Of a stretch of DNA of 64,000 bases, positions 34,062 through 46,300 are shown in pieces; position 1 is the stretch's first letter; every line of letters starts with the position of its first letter. Position numbers and translations under genes: made by a program. Origin of the DNA: Bilabrum cf. latius (Eukaryota). The stretch lies in assembly GCA_965178125.1 (NCBI GenBank), contig OZ237764.1, forward strand, positions 372,001 to 436,000, written 5' to 3'. The notes beneath the pieces were generated by a model that was not told the origin of the DNA, searched no databases, and saw nothing but the letters and a program-made list of their open reading frames with translations.

Positions 34062-37000
34062 ATGAGAGTCACTGCCCATCTCCACGAATCCATTCGCACC
34101 GGCGGCATGCGCTCTGTCCATCGAGCATCCGCTGCGGTCCCGTCTCGAATCACGCTTGAGCTACCAGATCAATCGACGTGCGGAGATTTGAGAAAAGCCA
34201 TCAGTGACAAGCTTGGATGCAAGCCGCACGAGTTTCTCATCGGGCGACTCGACACGTCAGGGCAGGACCGATTCACACATGACGCCGAGGTAGAGGCGCG
34301 CCTCCTGGCCACCGGAGACGCCCTCAACAACCCCTCCAAGCGCGGGGTACTCCTCTGCGATCGGTTCCCTGGGCCTCAGCTGGAGCGGATCTGCGAGCTC
34401 TAGGTGCGCCGCGCCACGGACGGGCGCGCGGGCGGGAGCTCTGAAGGCACCCGGGGGGAGCGGGCCGCCAGAGCAAGCATCGCGGCGGAGGCGATCGCCA
34501 TCGCGGGGGGTGCCACCTTCAAGCCAACGATTGCAGAGGTTAGTGCAGTGCGGGACGAGAAAGCAGCAGCCTCTGGCTCGTGCCGTGGCCGTGGCTTGAC
34601 AGAGAGCAAAGAGGCGGAGGGGGATGCGGGCTCGCCTCGCACACTCGTCACCCCCAGGGGACGCGGGCACGGCAAGAGCTAGAGCCGACTTGTCTCGCTC
34701 TAGGACCAGCAGGACGCGCTGGATCGGCAGGTTCCGCACGTGCGCGGCGCCAGCCCCTCGGACATGCTCGGCGTCAGGATCAGCGCGACCAGGTGCCAGT
34801 TCTTTCGTCAGCCGTTTCGGGAGCGCAGGATCGGCTACTGCTTCGGCCGGGTCGGGGACGACGGCTGGATCGAAGTGGACACGGTCTATGAGCCGCTGCA
34901 GAAGAGCTTCCGGCGCATGGTGCTTCCCGTGGAGGACCCAGGACTGAAGCGGGCTGAGGAATTGGCAGCTGCGCTGGGGCTGAGGCGCGTTGGCTGGATC
35001 TACTCTTGGATGGACGAGGACGAGGACTACCCCAGGGGTCCCATCACTGCCAGCGAGCTGTGCCACGCGGCGCGCATGCAGGCCAAGTACGGCATGCAGT
35101 TTGCCACGATCGCGGTGCGAGCGGACAGGGAAGGGAAGCCCATGTCGCTGGACGTGCAGGCCGCTTCCTTGCAGGCGGTGGAGGGGGTGCGGAGGGGTGT
35201 GTTCAAGCCCTCAGTGGACAACAAGAGCATCCTCAGCGACGTGCCCCTGCGGGTGCCCCACGAGACCAAAGCCGGAGACACGCGCCAGACCAAGCGGGCT
35301 GAGATCGAGTGGTTCACCACCGTCATGGGTGTGAGGGGAAGCCCAGAGCTCGTGCCTTCCTACACCAAGATAGACAGGTCAAAGCTGGACCAGGCCAGAG
35401 CCGCCGCGGCGGGTCGGGCCCGGCTGATCGAGTCTCGACGGGGGAACAAACGGCCGGCTGCCTCCAGTGCGGGCGCCGCCGCCGCCGCGGGGAGCGGTGC
35501 ATTCGCCGACGGACCAGACGGAGTGAGCGAGGGGCACTGGGGGCACAGGGACAACGATGAGGAGCTTCCCGAGTACGTCGACACGCGGGAGCAGGTAGAC
35601 TCCAAGACGGACCCTCTGGTTCTCGCCATGGGCATGAACAAGACGAGGCCCTACATCCCCAGGATGGCAGAGAGATACGAGCCGTCCAACCGACCCGTCC
35701 TGCAGGGCGGCGGCAGCGGGCCCGCTGGTGGAGACGCTGCCGCCACCGCCGCGGGTTTGCTGGCAGGGTGTGACCCGCAAGTCGCGAAGAACTCGAAGTT
35801 CTCTATCGCCGCGTTCCTGGCGAATGTAGAGGACCAGCCGTGGACGCGCACGGCGTGCGATTTCCACTTTCTGTTTGCCCTCTCGGACCCTGACTGCAGC
35901 GGGGGGCGGTGCCTGGGCGAGTCGGAGCTGGCCGAGCTCGCGCTGGCTATCCAGCTCATGGACGCAGCGCACGTGGAGTCATTCCGTCCCAAGATCGAGG
36001 TGTGGGCGGGGCTTGGGTACAGGGATCCGATCATGTATGCCCAGGGCCGCATCTCTGGCGCCCTGACGGAAGACGGGCTGGCCAAGGCCTGCGCCAATGA
36101 GCATCAGATGGATGACACCTTCCGAGTGGTGTGCCCTCTGTGCGCTGCCCGTGCCCGCAGCCAGGAGGCCAGGACGAGGACGTATGCACCGCCGTTTGCA
36201 GAGCACATTCGGAGGGAGCACTCGGATCTGCTGCCAGACATCATCTCGGGGGACGGGAGAGACAGCACCATCCGGATGCGGGGCAGGGGAGGCCGGATGA
36301 GGGGGCATCACGGCATGCTTAGTCATATGATGGGAATGGGTGGCATGGGGGGAGGCATGTTTGGGATGGGTCGGGGCCCTTCGCGTCCAGCGGGCGGCTC
36401 CGGCGGCAACGACAGCAGCGACGACGGAGGCCCAGCCGGTGGGATCGGAGCGATGCTAGCACAAGCAGCTCGGTCGGCCAGGCAGGCGCGAAGGACCGCG
36501 GCAGGGGGCGGCAGCGGCACTGCAGCATCAGGGAGGATGGGCGAGGATGAAGCCATGCGCAGGGCCATTGAGGCAAGCAAGCGGGAAGCGGAAGAGGCGG
36601 AGGCCACCTAGAAAGCCATCGAAGCCTCCAAGGCAGATGAGGAGCAGCAGCCCAGGGGTGATGCAGCGCAAGGTTCGGCCCCAGCCCCTGCACCAGTCGC
36701 AGCCCCTTCATAGGATTCTGCACCAGCGTCCACTTCTGCTGCTGCCCCTGCTGCTGCACCGTCAGACCGGCCTTCAGCCGATGATTCTGACGGATGGGGT
36801 GCACCTGCACTCGCCTCCGCCGTGGGGGGATCATTCGGAATGTCTCCCGGTTGGGGACCTCCCCCTGGCACGTCGGGGGCGGCCACAGGCGAGGACGACA
36901 TGATGCGAAGGGCCATAGAGGCAAGCAAGCGCGAAGCAGAGAAAGCTGAAGCAGCTGCCAAGGCTGCTGCAGCACAGACCGCTGCAGATAGACCTGGCGA

Positions 37001-37391
37001 GGTTGCTTCAGGCTCCGCCGCACCTCTTGCGCCTGCAGTGCCCGCTGTCCTCAGCAACAAGGAGTCGTCCACCGGCAGCAACAAAAGTGCCTCGATTGGA
37101 GCCGCGTCGTCTGCACCTGCACCTGCACCTGCACCTGCACCCGCGCCAGAATCAGCCTCGGGATCAGCATAGGCGCCTGCGTCATCGTGGGCAGCTGCGG
37201 CCTCAGCGGCAGACAGTGCACCGGATGCAAGCAGTGCGGCACAAGACGACTCAAAGTACGGCCCCAGCTCGACTGCCTACCAGCATGTCGTTGCCATCGT
37301 GGGAGAGGACTTTGACAGCGACCGCATCGTGGCGGCACTGGAGAGCAAAGACGGGAACGTCGAGGCTGCCATCAACCTGTTGTTCGGCTGA
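34062..37391 (+). CDS. NPL4: NPL4-like protein (MPN-like domain) with C2H2 Zn finger, UIMs and C-terminal UBA/CUE (~1100 aa; 5' end uncertain)
   Basis: RIGYCFGR..VDTVYEP..LGLRRVGWIYS..ITASELCHAARMQ; DFHFL; CPLC..FAEHIRREH; EDEAMRRAIEASKRE repeats; IVAALESKDGNVEAAINLLF. Six TAGs. Ends in TGA. Confidence 0.75.
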
Positions 37392-37589
37392 GAGGCTGCA
37401 AGCAGGAAACGATTCCTATGGGTAGCTTGATTGCATGATCCAGTAACCCCCCCAGAGGGTCCCCGCATATAACAATTCAAGTAATCCAAGATAAATATCC
37501 TATAGTAAACTGTGTAGCACAAGCAAGCACTATCGGACGGAATGTATGATATTCTGATCCGATCACTCCTCTGATCCGATCCAATCCGA

Positions 37590-40500
37590 TCACACCAGTT
37601 GAGCCTCGCGCATGCCAATGTACCCGGCCAGCGCCCCCCAGTGGTAGAACGGGTCGGCGTTGTGCGCATCGGCTCCATACCCCGTGGTTCCGTTCGAATT
37701 TTCGAACACATGCCCGAACGGGGACCAGTTGGTCAGCACCATCGACCTGCCCCTCTCCACCAGCGTGTTCCTCGCGTCATCCAGCGCCTTGGACACCCCG
37801 CGGTACCTCCACAGCCCTTGGTACGTGAGGTACACCATGGGCCCCCACATGCGCCCCCTCCAGTACGTGTTGTCCTGGAACGCCGAGTCGTTCCTCGCCA
37901 CTGAAGGCAGGGGAGCCATGGCAGGCACCGATGCGCCGCTCCACCCATAGCACATGGGGCTGCTCCCCACCTGTCGGTAGGCCCCAGACCCGTTCTCCAC
38001 GTCATAGAGGCACTCGGGAGTCCCGCATACCTGGTAGTCCTTCCTGTCCTCGCTGTGCCACAGGGTCAGTCCCACGCTCCCGTTGAACGGCTTCGACAGG
38101 CAATACGCCTCTAGGCCCTGCCTGACATACGTCCCGGGAGTCTCTGCGCTGGGAACCGACGGGGATGTAAGCGTGTCCGAGTTTCCCTCCGAGTACCACC
38201 GCCACATGGGCACAGGGGGGGGCAGCCCGAGCTTGCCAAGGGAGGCACTCAGCGCCACCAGGCCCTCCTGTACCATGCCGCTGTCGTTGCAGGCAGCCTG
38301 GTAGGGAGCCAGACCTTCGGCACTGGCAGGAGGACCCGCGATTCCCACGGCCTCGGTGCGGATGTGCGTGTGTTCCGTGTAGATTGACATGCCTGCGCTG
38401 GCAGGGTGCGCCGCCAGGTCATTGTCGGTGCTGCCCGCTGACCAGAACTGGGTCAGCTGCGCGGCGGACGACGAGACGGAGGTGCCGTTGACCCCCGGCA
38501 TCACGTTGGGCACGTTGGCGGTTGCGGTGGGCAGCTGGGCGAGATTATACAGGCTGGGGCTGGACAGTGCTGCTGCGAAGGGGTCCAAGTCGGCCGCGGT
38601 GCGGTTGACTAGTCCGGCGATCAACGGGTAGAACAGCGTCGGGATGTCTCGCTTGTAAAAATCACCCGGCTGGCTCTTGCCAAACTCGTAGAGGCGGTTC
38701 CAGAACCTTCCGTCGGTCGGGTCAAGCGTGAGCTTCCGCAGGTTTTCAGCACCCGTCTCGTATCTCTGCTGAATTACCTTGGCACCGTCTACATCCCCCG
38801 TCAGCTCCAGCATCACGGCGAGAGCCTCTGTGTCAGCGAGAAACAGGGCAGCCATGCCGACATCGTATAGGTTCATGTGGTGGGTCGTGACGTTATCGAA
38901 GCGGACAGGGCCGCAGCACTGCTGATCGTTGCCGTCGTAGGCGGGGCTGTTGTCGAGACCAGACTCGTACCTGGCTGCCTGCAGGCTGTTCATCCCGCCG
39001 TCCACTCCCATGGCGTTACTGGGTGGATCTGATCCCAGAACAACGCCTCCAATGCCAGCGGGGCCGGTTCTACGTGCCACGACCCAGTCATTCCAGCCCA
39101 CAAGCTGGGGCACAACACTCTGTACGGCCCACTCCCACTCATTTGCACGCGGGTTGTTCTGCAGTCCCGCCTTGGCCTCAAGTGGAGCCAGGCCGGCTTT
39201 GAGACCGGCAGAGCGCGCCCAGAGGTCGAGGGCAGCCTGAGCTCCGACGTATGGCTCTGTTCTGTCGTACGATTTCTGCTCACCTGCGGCGAAATTCGGC
39301 ACGAAGCCACCGTCCGGCTGCGCGGTGGCTGCCCGGAGGATCTGCAGGAGATTGGCCCAGGCGACTTGCATCGAATCTACGGCTGCCATCTGCGCACAGA
39401 AGCTATTGTCCCATGCGAACAAGACATAGTCTGCCCCTGTTGAGCGCCCAAAGTCCCATCCCCTTGAGACCGGAGTGATCATGCCTTCGTACGGCGTGTA
39501 GATCGTGTTCCAACCGATCACGCTGTGGAGGGCAGCGTGAGTGTCACGCCAGTACGCAGGGGTGGGCAGCAGCTTTTGACCCACCCTATCCCTGCCAGCG
39601 TCTAGGATGGTTTCGATTTCAGCCATGGTCCGGCCATGGTCCGACGCAAAGCCGAAGGTGGCACCGTCAGACAGGGGCCACGTTCCCTTCACGCTTCCAT
39701 CGGGGCCGTCAGCAACGCTGGCTGGCGGTGCCGTGGAATACACGCTGATCGCACCCAGTCCCGGAGTTTCTATGTGGAACTGCCCGCTCGTGGAAGCACT
39801 CGCTACAAACGGTCGCCCCCACTCGGCCCGCCCCGTGGCCACCACTGCGAGCGCTGTGCAGCCGGTGCCCCAGGACGCCACAGACACCACGAGCCCCTAG
39901 CCGATGGTCTCCGCAGACGCTGCGAACGCAACGAGGCAGTCGTGCTTCTTCCAACGACTCACGTTCACCTCCATGAAAAACGGCTCCGAGTCGTTGAGGG
40001 AGTGCAGGCCCGGCTGCACCCGCGCGGGGTTGTCCTGCCTGAAGACGTGCATGTTCCCGAGCGTGTCCCCGGTTGCAACCTCCATGACGTCCAGCCTGAG
40101 CTCAGCGGCGGAGGGCAGCCGCACGAAGTTGAGCATGTGAAGGTTCTCCCACGTGTTCCATCCCCCCTACAGTAGCGTGCGGTTTCTGAATTGCAGCAGC
40201 TTGGAGTCGGACGAGGGCAGGTCCAAGCTGGTCCATTCCTGCGGAATCGGCTTCGGTGGCCCGGCTGCTGCAGCTGATGAAGGCTGGTGAGATGAACGTT
40301 CCCTGAGGAACACCTGGGCACGGTACGCCGCCCCGGCAAAGCTGCGGTGCTGGCACCTGAGCAGCATGCCTGTGGCTGGCACGGTGATGTTGATGATGGC
40401 CGGCATTAGCACGACCTGGCTCGAAGAGTCTGGTCCCATTGCGTGGGAATCAAACGCGAGGTGGCCGCCCAGCCAGCAGCGGAACTCGCCGGATGCATTC

Positions 40501-40745
40501 GCACTGAGCTCGATAGTGGCCGCTTCAGGAGGCTGCAAGATCACCAGCCATTCAGCCGACACGTTGGCCTAATTCGAGGCGTAGTCGATCGAAGAGACAA
40601 CGGAAGTTTCTCCTGGACCAGCCAATGCGCCGTTAGAATACTGCGTGAGCCAAATGCCCGGGTTCGCATGAGTTTTGGAGCTAGACGCAGACACAGCCAT
40701 GCTTGCCACCCATACCGCGAATGACATTGAACTAAAGTACTTCAT
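37590..40745 (-). CDS. Secreted six-hairpin glycosidase (GH63/MGH1-like) with N-terminal PA14-like domain (~1051 aa)
   Basis: Signal peptide MKYFSSMSFAVWVASMAVSA, a PA14-like segment, GWNTW, YVLFAWDNSF, ESGLDNSP, YWRGRMW and FENSNGTTG. TAGs at 40569, 40167 and 39897. Ends in TGA. Confidence 0.8.
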
Positions 40746-41107
40746 ATCTGCGAGATGAATGCGAACAGCAGATGCATGCGGACAGCGGTTGCAATCATAA
40801 AAGCACGAGTAGAAAACGGTCCCGGAGTTTTGCATCGCATCGAACGGCAACAAGCGTCTCTGGCACCCGCAACACCCCCAATGGAACTTTACAATCCCGC
40901 CAAAACCGAGTGATATATCTAGTATGGGCATTCTCACGATACATAGCCCCGATACGAGTGGTAGGAGGCAAGAATGAGCGGGTTCGAGCGGGATCCACAG
41001 AGTTGCTCCAGCATGTGACGAGCTCGCAGCATTCAAAATTTCAGCTTGTCCGTGCGCATTAACCAGGGACTGTAACCAAGTACCGACGCTAATAGTACAA
41101 GTCTAGT

Positions 41108-43042
41108 ATGTCATCAGCGCCAAAGGATGCCGGGAACGAATCTGCGGCGTCCTCATCTGCCGCAGCTTCGGAAACACCCACCGAGGTAGCGGTGCCCGCA
41201 TTATCAACAAAGGAGCAGCTCATGTGAGATGTTAGCTCAGCCGTTGATGTGGTTGCTGCCATTTACTAAAGCCAGCTGTAGCGCTCCGTGATACCCTGCT
41301 TCTGCAGGCTTAAGCTCGGGAAAGACTTGCGAAGAGCCAAAGATTTTGCGTAGGCGAGCCACACTCTGGCGCACTTGCTGGAGTCTTCAGTAAAAGAAAG
41401 AGGCGATGAGATGAACATCAATCTAGCTCCAATTTACCACGAGTATGGCATCACGCTCCTCGCGAAGGCTCGGGCCAGCTCGAGCATATTCGGTGGTGCC
41501 GAAGAGGAGGCGGGGCAGCCCGCCACAGCCAGCGACGCCGCCCTGACAGACGCGGCAGAGGAGCAAGGATAGGACCTAGTGGAAGCACACGATATCCTCG
41601 ATGTCGCCCGTGCAGTGTACGAGGCGAACTCCAAAGGCGACACCGAAGCCGCGAAGAAGAACGCGTTCCGCCTCGCCCAGTGCAGGGAGGACCTGGCGGA
41701 CTGCATGATGGAATCGGGTGAGGCCTCGAGAGAGAGACTGCACTGCACTGCCGGTTGTATCCCTCAGATTGCAATACTCGTTCTCGTGCTGTACCCGAAC
41801 CCGCTCCCATCCCATCGACTTACTAGCCCCCATGGAGCTCGCCTACCGCCGGAGTCCCCCCCGCCCAAGCTAAATGTCAACATACCGCGTCGTTGCATCC
41901 TCCCTCACTTTCCCTTCTTCCCCGCAGACCGCATGGGTGACGCGTTCGACGAGCTCCAGCGGGCCCTGGAGCTTCACGTCAGTCTCAAGTCGCCTGCCAG
42001 GGCACAGGCAGAGACGCTCCAGCAGATGGTGCTTTGCCTCTCCTACATCTAGAGCGAGGTGGGCAAGGGACAGGGAACAACGGCGGGCGGTGCGTCCTCC
42101 TCCGGTTCAAACTCTCTCGGGGGCGCCGGCAAACTGGCACCCGAGCTGGTGGTGCTGGGCAGGGCGCTGAAGGTGCAGCGCTTTGCAGTGCACGCTCTGG
42201 CCTACGCGTCGCTGGACATCTGCAGCAACGTGGAGGCCCTGAGCCCCCTGGCTCCGACGATCCAGGGGTGGATTGAGCAGGCGGAGGCATGCGGCGCGGC
42301 GGAGGCCCCAGACGTTGGCTTGTCCCAGAAGGAGCAGACGGCCCGGTCCATGGTGGTGCTAACGGAGGTGACGGAGGCGGTCAAGGCGAAGTAGGGCGGG
42401 GGAAGCGGCGCGCCGTCGTCATCGTCATCGTCTTCATCGTCATCATCGTCGGCGCAGTCGGTCCCCCCCAGTGCCGGACTTGGCTGCCCCATGCTGCTGG
42501 ACAGGGTGAGGGCAGAGGCAGAGTCCAAGGCAATCTCGCTCGACGGGGAGGACGGGGACGACCTAACCATGATGCTGGAGACACTGGATGCATCTTTGCA
42601 GAGGTACGAGGAGCTCGCCGGGGCGCTGGAGCCCGAGGGCAGCGGGAGTGGGGGTCAGGCGGCTGGCGGTGACGTGGACATGGGTGCTGGGTTTCAGTTT
42701 TTCGGGGGGGGCGCGGGGGGACAAGGAGCCGCGAGCGGAGCGGGGGAGTCCACCACTGGATTCGGCGGTAGCGGTGGTGTGGATGCAGGGGCCGGTGGGG
42801 ACGGGGCAGGCGCTGGAGTCGTGGTGCACGAGGTGCAGGTGCGAAGAAAGAAAAAGAAAAAGAAGCCGGCAAAGAGGGTCGCACCCACGCCCATCGAGGA
42901 GCAGGAAGGGCAACCAGACCAGAAGACGGCGCGAGTGGAGGGCAAGGGCGAGGGGGCAAGTGGCGGTGATGGTGCAGGCGAAGGCAGCAGCAGCAGCAGA
43001 AAAGAGGGTGTCGAAGGCACCGGCTCCATCGCGTTCTCGTGA
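41108..43042 (+). CDS. NASP: NASP/Sim3 SHNi-TPR histone chaperone (introns 41224-41307, 41718-41927)
   Basis: LAPIYHEYGITLL, DLVEAHDILDVARAVY, LADCMMESDRMGDAFDELQRALEL and a C-terminal basic NLS (VRRKKKKKK). Four TAGs. Ends in TGA. Confidence 0.78.
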
Positions 43043-43305
43043 CCGGCTGCATGATATCGGTGACATCATTAAGTGGACTAGTCTACAGCATTGGAAGATT
43101 TCCCAAAAGCTGATGCACCGCTATTCTGTAGAACGTTCGCCTGCTTCCACGCTTGACTTGCAGCAGCGCCAGCAACAGCGTTGTGCAGCTTGATGAGGCA
43201 TCACTGGCTGGGGCATTTCAGGCACTTGTCAGCCAGAGGGCGGGCGAGGTCGCCGTTGCGACCGCCACGGTTCGGTTCGGTCGCCCGAAAGAGCAGCGAT
43301 AAAGC

Positions 43306-46300
43306 ATGGTGACCTTTTCTACCTGCGTATTCATGTCAACCAATTTAGTATTATCAGCTTGTGCGGCAGTGGCTGTTGCTTATGGCTCCCCCTGTCCCCC
43401 AGAAAACCAGGTCGGCTAGGGGGTCGGAGCATTGCAAGTACCAGGTTTTGGAGCCGACAGTACCGAGTATACGCTCCGTCCGTTTCTAAGCTTTGTTCAA
43501 GAACGACATGGATAGTAGTTGTAGGCATCTCAGGACTGGAAGGAGTATTTGAGCCCAGCTCACAACCCGCTTCCGCCGGCTCCTGCAATTGCAATCACGG
43601 CGCAATCTGAGGTGTCTGTTTGTGCTGGTACACGCGCCGCACGGATGACATGGTAGTGGTCAAGTGATAATTAGTCTGTCTTGGCCGCTTTGTACGTGTT
43701 CAAAGAGCCTGGAAAGCTCCAATCTGGGAACGTCAGCGTCGGATAGTTTGCCCTTGATATTACGCTCCTGAATTGGGCACGAAGCGCGGATGCCGCCGCC
43801 ACAGAGAGGAATGCGAGTGGTAATTTCCTGGAGGTGGCGGTCGGTATCTCGATGCCGTGGTCAACGAACTATACTTCGTTTGACTTCGATGGTAGGGCAG
43901 CCATCGTATCCGCATGGGATCAAGTACGGAGCAGCACACACGGAGACATCAGCATGAACGACATGAATTTTCTGAATAATGCGTCCCAGTATGCTATTGA
44001 GAACGGCTGCAGCGCTTGCGAGGCCGGAAACACCGGCACGGAGGACCAGTACCCGCTCAGGTGCTTCGCTCAGGGCACCGACAACAACTACCAGTCGAGG
44101 CACGTTCTACTGGTCCGCTTTCCCGGCGCAAGGACGTAGAATTTCCTGCAGTATGACATGTGCGGGACGTACAGCCACTTGGTGCCGTCTCCGTCTCCGT
44201 CTCCGTCTCCGAGACCCTCGCCCACTCCCAGTGCCAGTGCCAGTGCCAGTGCCAGTGCCAGTGCCAGTGCCAGTGCCAGTGCCACCCCCGCTTCGGAGCC
44301 TCTGGTATCCGACCCGCCCGCATGCCACGGCCCCGCGACCATTCCAACCAGGTTCACCATGTGGGGGGAGGGCGTCCCCGGCACGCCCGATGACACGTGG
44401 TTGCCTGGGGGCAAGGTTGGCATAGCGGTGGCGAACGCGGGGGACGTCGACGGGTCCGGGACCGACGACCTGCTGGTAACTGAGTGGGACTCGCACAGGG
44501 TCTGGCTGGCCTTCACCAGCTCCTCCGGAAACATGTCCGTTGAGCGGTTGGTTCACGTTGCGCCGGACGACACAACGGGGACGGTGTTCAGCGGGGCTCA
44601 GTTCGGGCAGGCCCTCGCCGGGTTGGGTGCACTGCAAGGTAGCGCGGGCCTCACCACCATCGCCATCGGAGCTCCCAACTTCTTGGCCCAGGGCGCTGGA
44701 ACCACCCGCGGTGCAGTCGCGCTCGTCACACTGAATACCCACGGCAGTCTTGTGGATTATACACTAATTGCCTAGGGCAGGCAGGGCTTCCATGGGCTGG
44801 TCGGGTCTCAGTACCAGCAGCCCGACTTTGGCCGGTCGATGGCTTCCATTCCGACGAACTCGGCTGGTGTCGGCGCGGGCGATCAGCGTCTAGAGTCCCT
44901 CGGCTGCTCTGTGGATTGCCGAGCGGTGCTTGCAGTCGGTGCCCGCCGATTCAATGCAGTGGAGCGAACAGAGCGCGGTGCAGTGTTTGTGCTGTCTTTG
45001 AACGCGACTGGGTTTGTGCTGCACACCATCCAGGTGAGCCAAGCTATGCCAGGCGGATCTAGGCTGCTGCTTCCACTGCCTGCCACCGAAGGGGGCCTTA
45101 ACTTCGGTAACTAGTTGGCTTGGCTCGAGGATGGAAATGGAGACGAAGTCCCGGAGCTTGCAGTCTCCTTCAAGACTGCTTCCGACGGCAATACGCACCA
45201 GGTGGCTGTCCTGTTCTCCAATGCATCGGCCAGCAGCGAAGTGTCTGGCTCTCCGGCGGGTGAACCGATCGGTGGGGCAGGTGTGATTGTCGTTAACAGC
45301 TCGACACTGCCTGAGCTTGAAGTCTCCGGCTAGACTTCGCGTTATTTCGCTAGCTCGATGGCAAGCATTCCTGACCCTGGCGGTTGCGCGGGTGGGCTTG
45401 GCTTGCTGGTAGGGCAGTGGGGGCGTAATTCGGAACGGGGCGCAGTATGGGTCATCAGCCTAAACGCGATTACCATGGGCGTTTCTAACGCGACCGAGGT
45501 GGGCACGTCGTGCTGCCTAGATGAGGGGGGCGCGCCACTGACGGGCTTTGAGCAGGGGCAGGCCGCACGGCTGGGCACAGCGCTCGCAACGGGCAACTTC
45601 AGTGGTGGCGATATGCTGAGCATCGCTGTGGGTGCCACTGACTTTTAGAATCCTGGCAATGATTACTCTGGTGCCATCGTCATGTGGGAAACGGGCAGAG
45701 CGATCCTGCCGGGTGCACCCGATGCACCGTGCGACGAGGATCGGGCTCTGCATGTGCCCGTCTCCTTCCGATTGCTATCGCCCGGAGTCGATCCGATGCT
45801 TGGCGACGTCGGTTTCGATTCGCGGCTTGGGAGGGCTGTAGCTACTGCTGGTGATGTGGATGGATCCGGGACAGACGATCTGCTCGCGTCTGACATGTCC
45901 AGGAGGATGGTCTGGTTGCTGTTCACGAACGCGTCCGGAGACGGCTCGCTGGTCGGTTCCGTCAATTTGGGTGGAGCTGAGGGTAGTCAGGTGGGTATTC
46001 GAGGGTCGGTCAACACCGCGTTTGGATCTGCAGTGGCGGGGCTCGGCAAGCTCGGGGGTCATGACAGCAGCACGGTCGTGGCCATTGGGGCGCAGAGGCA
46101 TACCCCACTACACAGCTCTCAGCGAGGCGGGGTCGTGTTGCTGTGGGTGTCTACCAACGGGACAGTGCAGTCATATTCTTTGATTGAGCAGGGATCAAAT
46201 GGTTTTAGTGGCCTGTCAACCTCACCCGACTCAGAGACGCACTTTGGGAGCGCGCTGGCAGCCCTACCGCGGGATGGCTCTGCCGGCGTGCCAGGGGGCG

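Noticed and set aside
37555-37592. Short GATCC pentamer repeats at the GH63-like 3' end
   Set aside because: Too short and degenerate to support a function.
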